Shown here: positions 6,403-9,690 of the stretch, piece by piece
Position numbering within the stretch: the stretch's first letter is position 1
Layout: each line of letters starts with the position of its first letter
IMG/VR virus record: IMGVR_UViG_2551306491_000022
DNA from: a virus
Lineage: Duplodnaviria > Heunggongvirae > Uroviricota > Caudoviricetes
DNA: 9,690 nt
Direction: 5' to 3' (one strand)
Program-made: the position numbers and the translations under genes
The notes under the pieces: model-generated
Databases searched by the model: none
Seen by the model: only the letters and a program-made list of their open reading frames with translations
Told to the model about the DNA's origin: nothing

Positions 6403-6485
6403 GGTGTAAGACACAATGTAAAATAACGGTGTCTTACACGTCAACCCTTCAAAATATTTTTTTTTCGTGTATATTGTCTTACACC
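6403..6485 (+). promoter_or_regulatory. Operator array and promoter of RHH module 1: three copies of GTGT-N3-ACAC palindrome
   Basis: GGTGTAAGACAC (6403-6414, inverted orientation), GGTGTCTTACACG (6428-6440), TTGTCTTACACC (6474-6485). Candidate -35 TTCAAA (6448-6453) and -10 TATATT (6470-6475) with 16-nt spacer. The third operator overlaps the -10 and start site. Confidence 0.5.
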
Positions 6486-6505
6486 AAAAACATGAGGGGT
6501 TAAAC

Positions 6506-6685
6506 ATGGCAACGGGGCCAAAGAATGCAAAATCACAATCTGTAACTGCACGTATTGCCCATGAAATTATTGAAGGCATGGAGAACGTGAAAGAAGAAGG
6601 TGAAAGCACGGGGCAGTTTATAAACGCAGCCATGCGCGGCGAAATCAAACGCCGCCAGCGTCGCAAGGCCAAAGAATCAGAATAA
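6506..6685 (+). CDS. Ribbon-helix-helix (CopG/Arc/MetJ-like) DNA-binding protein, 59 aa; putative repressor of module 1
   Basis: ATG at 6506 with GAGGGG 6 nt upstream (track start 6467 is GTG and would include the operator). Sequence KSQSVTARIAHEIIEGMENVKEEGESTGQFINAAMRGEI fits the RHH pattern of beta-strand, helix, G-x-S/T turn, helix, with a basic tail. Confidence 0.55.
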   Translation: MATGPKNAKSQSVTARIAHEIIEGMENVKEEGESTGQFINAAMRGEIKRRQRRKAKESE

Positions 6686-6690
6686 TCACT

Positions 6691-6734
6691 ATCAGCGCCG
6701 TGGTGTGAGGTACTACGGCGCATTGCTTTACAGG
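6691..6734 (+). repeat. Conserved 44-bp element with internal hairpin (copy 1), between the RHH gene and the downstream small gene
   Basis: ATCAGCGCCGTGGTGTGAGGTACTACGGCGCATTGCTTTACAGG is 43/44 identical to 7369-7412. Stem GCGCCGT(6695-6701) / ACGGCGC(6715-6721) with a 13-nt loop; the single difference is in the loop. Confidence 0.6.
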
Positions 6735-6742
6735 GCAGTATC

Positions 6743-6970
6743 ATGACCAACAACACACTATCACCAATACAAGACACGCAGACGCAAGAAGATGAAATCA
6801 TTCGGCAAAGGCAGTTAGAAACCTGTGCTCGCCTTGAAGCCGAACTGGCTAATCCTCTGAATATCCAACTAATACCGATAGAAATGAAACCTGGACTATT
6901 CGCGTTGGAGGCATTTTTAGCAAGCTGCCCACGGCGGCTAAAGTCCCGTAAGAATCGCCCGCCAGGATGA
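6743..6970 (+). CDS. Hypothetical small protein (75 aa), partner gene of RHH module 1
   Basis: ATG at 6743 with AGGG 7 nt upstream. N-terminus MTNNTLSPIQDTQTQ resembles MTNKESTDTPSQKT of the gene at 7421. TGA at 6968-6970. Confidence 0.45.
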   Translation: MTNNTLSPIQDTQTQEDEIIRQRQLETCARLEAELANPLNIQLIPIEMKPGLFALEAFLASCPRRLKSRKNRPPG

Positions 6971-7089
6971 GTACACAAAACCGAACTATGAAACGGATTA
7001 TTCCGTTTCCGGGGCGTTTGTGTGTGTATAAAGAGTAAGCTATGCTCTTTTATAGCCATAATCGTTACCTCAATTAATGGTTTGGTTAG

Positions 7090-7131
7090 ACGCCCCATAT
7101 GTGAGCCACCACTGCGGGGCGTTGTTTTTTG
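7090..7131 (+). terminator. Intrinsic terminator ending RHH module 1
   Basis: CGCCCC(7091-7096)...GGGGCG(7116-7121) stem followed by TTGTTTTTTG (7122-7131). Confidence 0.6.
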
Positions 7132-7147
7132 TATAACGGTAAGTACA

Positions 7148-7191
7148 ATGGTAATTACCATGTAACTATAGTAATTAAGGGTAATTACCAT
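7148..7191 (+). promoter_or_regulatory. Operator pair of RHH module 2: palindrome GGTAATTACC x2
   Basis: ATGGTAATTACCAT (7148-7161) is a perfect 14-bp palindrome. The second copy GGTAATTACC (7180-7189) sits between the Shine-Dalgarno and the ATG of the RHH gene. Centres are 30 bp apart. Candidate -10 TATAGT (7167-7172) lies between the two sites. Confidence 0.5.
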
Positions 7192-7363
7192 GTCAACACC
7201 ATTGGAAAAGCGATCGCCTCCATACCAAATGCGGCTACCAGAAGAATTCAGAGCACAACTTGAAGAGGCAGCGAAAGCAGACGGTGACACTTCTTTAGCC
7301 ACCTGGATCAAGCGAGTACTCCGAAAAGAATTACAGCAACGCGGTATTGAACCCAAAGGATAA
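7190..7363 (+). CDS. Arc-like ribbon-helix-helix DNA-binding protein, 57 aa (below the length cutoff of the ORF track); putative repressor of module 2
   Basis: ATG 7190 to TAA 7361-7363, Shine-Dalgarno AAGGG. Translation MSTPLEKRSPPYQMRLPEEFRAQLEEAAKADGDTSLATWIKRVLRKELQQRGIEPKG has the Arc/Mnt-type RHH pattern. The operator palindrome overlaps its start. Confidence 0.55.
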   Translation: MSTPLEKRSPPYQMRLPEEFRAQLEEAAKADGDTSLATWIKRVLRKELQQRGIEPKG

Positions 7364-7368
7364 AAAAC

Positions 7369-7412
7369 ATCAGCGCCGTGGCGTGAGGTACTACGGCGCA
7401 TTGCTTTACAGG
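7369..7412 (+). repeat. Conserved 44-bp element with internal hairpin (copy 2)
   Basis: ATCAGCGCCGTGGCGTGAGGTACTACGGCGCATTGCTTTACAGG, 43/44 identical to 6691-6734, at the same position relative to the RHH stop and the downstream ATG. Confidence 0.6.
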
Positions 7413-7420
7413 TACACACA

Positions 7421-7624
7421 ATGACCAATAAAGAATCAACCGATACACCATCGCAAAAAACGAACAGAGAGCACGAAAATATGGCGCTCGAGCATGAATC
7501 AGAAAGATTCGCACCATGCGCTTTTGTCCTTGATGAGTTTCTAAAAAAATATTCACGTTCTGAACGGATGAAAATGGCAGCACAATACGGCCCCAACAAG
7601 AAAGATAATTGCCCACCAGCCTGA
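7421..7624 (+). CDS. Hypothetical small protein (67 aa), partner gene of RHH module 2
   Basis: ATG at 7421 with AGGT 7 nt upstream; TGA at 7622-7624. N-terminal similarity to the 6743 gene product. Confidence 0.45.
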   Translation: MTNKESTDTPSQKTNREHENMALEHESERFAPCAFVLDEFLKKYSRSERMKMAAQYGPNKKDNCPPA

Positions 7625-7691
7625 TCGCGGTTATCATGCCCAAGCTTATGATTGTTGACACATACGGCGCAGCGGGTTAATTGTTCAGAAA

Positions 7692-7720
7692 GGTGGCTCC
7701 ATTTCGGGGCCGCTTTTTTT
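7692..7720 (+). terminator. Intrinsic terminator between the convergent plus-strand module 2 and alpA
   Basis: GGTGGCTCC(7692-7700), loop ATTTC, GGGGCCGC(7706-7713), then TTTTTTT(7714-7720). Stem includes G-U pairs. An A-run on the other side could allow weak bidirectional action. Confidence 0.6.
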
Positions 7721-7745
7721 ATGTTCATCATTTGCCCTATATATG

Positions 7746-7952
7746 TTAAGCGGTCGTTCCGCGCGCTTCTTGTTCTCGTTCTTTCATCCATGCGATTACG
7801 TCTTCCTCATACCATCCGCGACGGCGCAAACCGACACGAAAACCCTGCGGGAATTCTCCGGCGTTGATCATGCTTTGCAGCGTGCTGTCTGCCTTAATGT
7901 GGATAAGTTTTTTTACTTCCTGGCGAAAGATGACTTTTTTGATTGCTTCCAT
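7746..7952 (-). CDS. alpA: AlpA-family transcriptional regulator (phage excisionase-like DNA-binding protein)
   Basis: 68-aa ORF, ATG with GAGGT upstream. FRQEVKKLIHIKADSTLQSMINAGEFPQGFRVGLRRRGWYEEDVIAWMKER fits the AlpA pattern (R.EV....G.S.ST.Y.....G.FP.P.K.G.R...W...EV..W). Position next to a P4-type integrase is typical. Confidence 0.8.
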   Translation of the reverse strand: MEAIKKVIFRQEVKKLIHIKADSTLQSMINAGEFPQGFRVGLRRRGWYEEDVIAWMKEREQEARGTTA

Positions 7953-7970
7953 CGTGATTTACCTCATTAA

Positions 7971-8059
7971 TCCGGTGTATTCCGGTGAGAAATACGGTAA
8001 ATCATCGGATGCAGGGAAAAACAGTACTCACCGTTTTTAAACGGTATACACCGTTTTTT
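7971..8059. promoter_or_regulatory. Repeat cluster in the alpA upstream region
   Basis: Direct repeat TCCGGTG (7971-7977, 7981-7987); 16-bp palindrome ACCGTTTTTAAACGGT (8030-8045); a further CACCGTTTTTT (8049-8059). All lie within about 110 bp upstream of the alpA start. Confidence 0.35.
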
Positions 8060-8085
8060 ATATTGATGATTTGAAAGGGATTTAT

Positions 8086-8109
8086 AAAAAAAGCGGCATT
8101 TCTGCCGCT
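8086..8109 (-). terminator. Intrinsic terminator downstream of the 8120-8350 ORF
   Basis: Plus strand AAAAAAA(8086-8092) GCGGCA TTTC TGCCGC(8103-8108). On the minus strand this is a stem-loop followed by seven U, 10 nt after the ORF stop. Confidence 0.55.
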
Positions 8110-8119
8110 TTCAGGATTG

Positions 8120-8350
8120 TTACCGCCATTTTTTTGGCCTGCCTCCGGTCTTCATGGATGCCGGACGTACAACCTTATCAATACTTACAGCCAGATTTCT
8201 GGAAGCCCCACGGGATACCAGGAAATCTACTACCTGTTTTTTTGATGGGGCCGTCGTTCTGTCCTCCGGATCGTAGGTTGACCAAAATTCATGCTGAACC
8301 ATCAGGGCCAGTTGCAGCCCGTCGCAATTGCATCTGAAATTTGTTTGCAT
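8120..8350 (-). CDS. Hypothetical small protein (76 aa from the ATG; track ORF starts at a TTG at 8371)
   Basis: ORF between int and alpA, followed by a minus-strand terminator and preceded by a perfect TATAAT (minus strand, plus coordinates 8397-8402). No clear Shine-Dalgarno at the ATG. An antisense ORF (8071-8337, +) overlaps, so the coding strand is uncertain. Confidence 0.3.
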   Translation of the reverse strand: MQTNFRCNCDGLQLALMVQHEFWSTYDPEDRTTAPSKKQVVDFLVSRGASRNLAVSIDKVVRPASMKTGGRPKKWR

Positions 8351-8448
8351 CTTAACAGTTTCATTTTTCAAGGCCTCGTCGTTAAATGTGATGCAATTAT
8401 ACGACGGTTTTAAATGGTTTTCGTAGTTTTTACTGGTTTTCTGTACAG

Positions 8449-9690
8449 CTAAACGGCTCGGATACCCCTTTTACCACTGGCGAGGGTTACGCCCGTCGCC
8501 GCAGCCTCGACAAATTCGCCCCACCAGCGCATAAGCACGATGCGTTTTTCTATGTAGTTGCTCCGGTTGTATGCCCGTCTGACTTCGTTGGTGTCGACGT
8601 GGGCAAGTGCGGCCTCTATTACGTCCGGCTCAAAGCCTTCTTCGTTCGCTGCTGTGCTGAATATGGCGCGTAATCCATGAGACACCAGCACGCCAGCGAA
8701 TCCCATGCGTCGTAATGCTGCGTTAGCGGTCTGGCTGTTCATCGGCTGCTGTGGGTCTTTCAGACTCGGGAAAACATAATCGCGGTGGTGGCTGATTGGT
8801 TTCATAGCCTCCAGCACTGCCATAGCCTGGTCACAAAGCGGGATAACGTGGTCGCGGCGCATCTTCATGCGTCCGGCGGGTATGGTCCAGCGTTGCGCTT
8901 CCATGTCGATTTCTTCCCAGCGTGCCGACGATGCTTCAACGGGACGGGTTACGGTCAGTAACTGCCATTCAATCAGTAATCTGGTCTGCCGTTCTGTTGC
9001 CGATACTGATAAAGCCTGCATAAGCTCCGGCAGCTGTTCGGGGCGGATTGTTGGCATATGTTTTTTTACAGGGGAGGGGAACGCCTTACGCACATTCATA
9101 GCCGGATTGGCATCAATCATCCCACTATTGGCGGCGTAATCCATTACCTCATTTATACGCTGTAAAACTCGCTTGAGCGTTTCCAGGTTGCCACGTTCCT
9201 TGATGGGGGTAAGCACCTCAACGAACCTGCGAGCGGTCAGGGTGTCTATTGGCGTGTTGCCGATGAACGGGAATACATATTTTTCCAGCGATCGCCAGAT
9301 GTCTTTAATCGTATTGGGGGCCAGATTCTGGCTGATTTTCACCTGGTACCATGCTGTTGCCACATTTTCGAACGTGTTCCCTTGTCTTCGGGCCTCTGTC
9401 TCTCTTTTTTGCCTCTCGTGGTCCTGCGGGTCAGTTCCGGCACGAATTAACGCCCTGTACTCGCTACGGCGTTTTCTGGCATCAGCCAGGGAAACATCAT
9501 CAAGCGATCCAAAACTCAGCAATATTCTTTTTTTGTCCGATGGTCGGTAGTAGGAAAATCTCCAGAGTTTTGATCCGGACGGTTTGATCAGGAGAAAAAG
9601 CCCTCCGCCGTCCTGTAGGGTGTATTCCTTTTCTGCTGGTCTGGCTGCTTTGATCTGTACTGTGGTTAATGGGGGTGTTTTTCTCGCCAT
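8449..9690 (-). CDS. int: Tyrosine site-specific integrase, P4 family
   Basis: 413-aa ORF whose ATG is the last three bases of the window. N-terminus MARKTPPLTTVQIKAARPAEKEYTLQDGGGLFLLIKPSGSKLWRFSYY is the conserved P4-type integrase N-terminal signature. C-terminal catalytic region has HGLRAIFST...RAYNRSNY (His/Arg and Tyr motifs). Confidence 0.9.
   Translation of the reverse strand: MARKTPPLTTVQIKAARPAEKEYTLQDGGGLFLLIKPSGSKLWRFSYYRPSDKKRILLSFGSLDDVSLADARKRRSEYRALIRAGTDPQDHERQKRETEARRQGNTFENVATAWYQVKISQNLAPNTIKDIWRSLEKYVFPFIGNTPIDTLTARRFVEVLTPIKERGNLETLKRVLQRINEVMDYAANSGMIDANPAMNVRKAFPSPVKKHMPTIRPEQLPELMQALSVSATERQTRLLIEWQLLTVTRPVEASSARWEEIDMEAQRWTIPAGRMKMRRDHVIPLCDQAMAVLEAMKPISHHRDYVFPSLKDPQQPMNSQTANAALRRMGFAGVLVSHGLRAIFSTAANEEGFEPDVIEAALAHVDTNEVRRAYNRSNYIEKRIVLMRWWGEFVEAAATGVTLASGKRGIRAV

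Larger units (their letters stand above)
1..9690. mobile_element. Segment of an integrated phage satellite / PICI-like element (integrase end at right edge, element continues past left edge)
   Basis: Gene content and order: P4-type integrase, AlpA regulator, small repressor-like genes, Rep protein followed by iteron origin, SSB, protease-capsid fusion. No tail, lysis or terminase genes in the window. Element boundaries are not visible. Confidence 0.65.

Noticed and set aside
7655-7683. TTGACA at 7655-7660 as a plus-strand promoter
   Set aside because: No acceptable -10 at 16-18 bp spacing, and the terminator at 7692 follows immediately.
6301-7791. 496-aa minus-strand ORF spanning the whole regulatory island
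   Set aside because: It runs antisense through four plus-strand genes that have Shine-Dalgarno sites, across three intrinsic terminators and both operator arrays, and overlaps the 3' end of alpA. Its translation is low-complexity and rich in Ser, Cys and Arg, and its internal repeats (CKAMRRSTS..HGAD twice) only mirror the 44-bp DNA repeat. Most likely an antisense artefact.
8071-8337. 88-aa plus-strand ORF between alpA and int
   Set aside because: Pro-rich, poorly protein-like translation. It starts inside the minus-strand terminator and is antisense to the better supported minus-strand unit.
1-9690. CRISPR array, tRNA/tmRNA genes, attachment-site direct repeats, IS elements
   Set aside because: No regularly spaced repeat-spacer array, no cloverleaf-like sequence and no transposase-like ORF found. 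The integrase start coincides with the right edge, so any tRNA or att site would lie outside the window.

Overview
This window reads as the integrase-proximal part of an integrated phage-satellite / PICI-like mobile element of enterobacterial type; the element continues past the left edge. Everything below is from reading the sequence and the ORF track by eye; no database search or folding was run, so protein family calls are motif-based. Right to left: a P4-family tyrosine integrase whose start codon is the last three bases of the window (8449-9690, -); a small ORF with its own terminator; an AlpA-family regulator (7746-7952, -); a plus-strand regulatory island (about 6265-7720) built from two diverged tandem copies of a module [GC hairpin + T-run, palindromic operators, small ribbon-helix-helix gene, 44-bp hairpin repeat, small gene starting MTN]; then a long minus-strand operon with three small AT-rich genes, a RepA-like P-loop replication protein (3962-5371), an iteron-type origin abutting its stop codon (3762-3970), a small gene and an SSB-like gene (3089-3511), and an intrinsic terminator; then a morphogenesis operon with a 629-aa fusion of a ClpP-like prohead protease and an HK97-type major capsid protein (540-2429). 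Two paralogous ~230-bp intergenic cassettes (about 310-540 and 2850-3080) follow the capsid and SSB operons. No tRNA, rRNA, CRISPR array or attachment site is visible. The most interesting features are the duplicated RHH modules with different operators, the paralogous intergenic cassettes with a compensatory-mutation hairpin, a possible small plus-strand RNA upstream of the capsid operon, and the satellite-encoded capsid.
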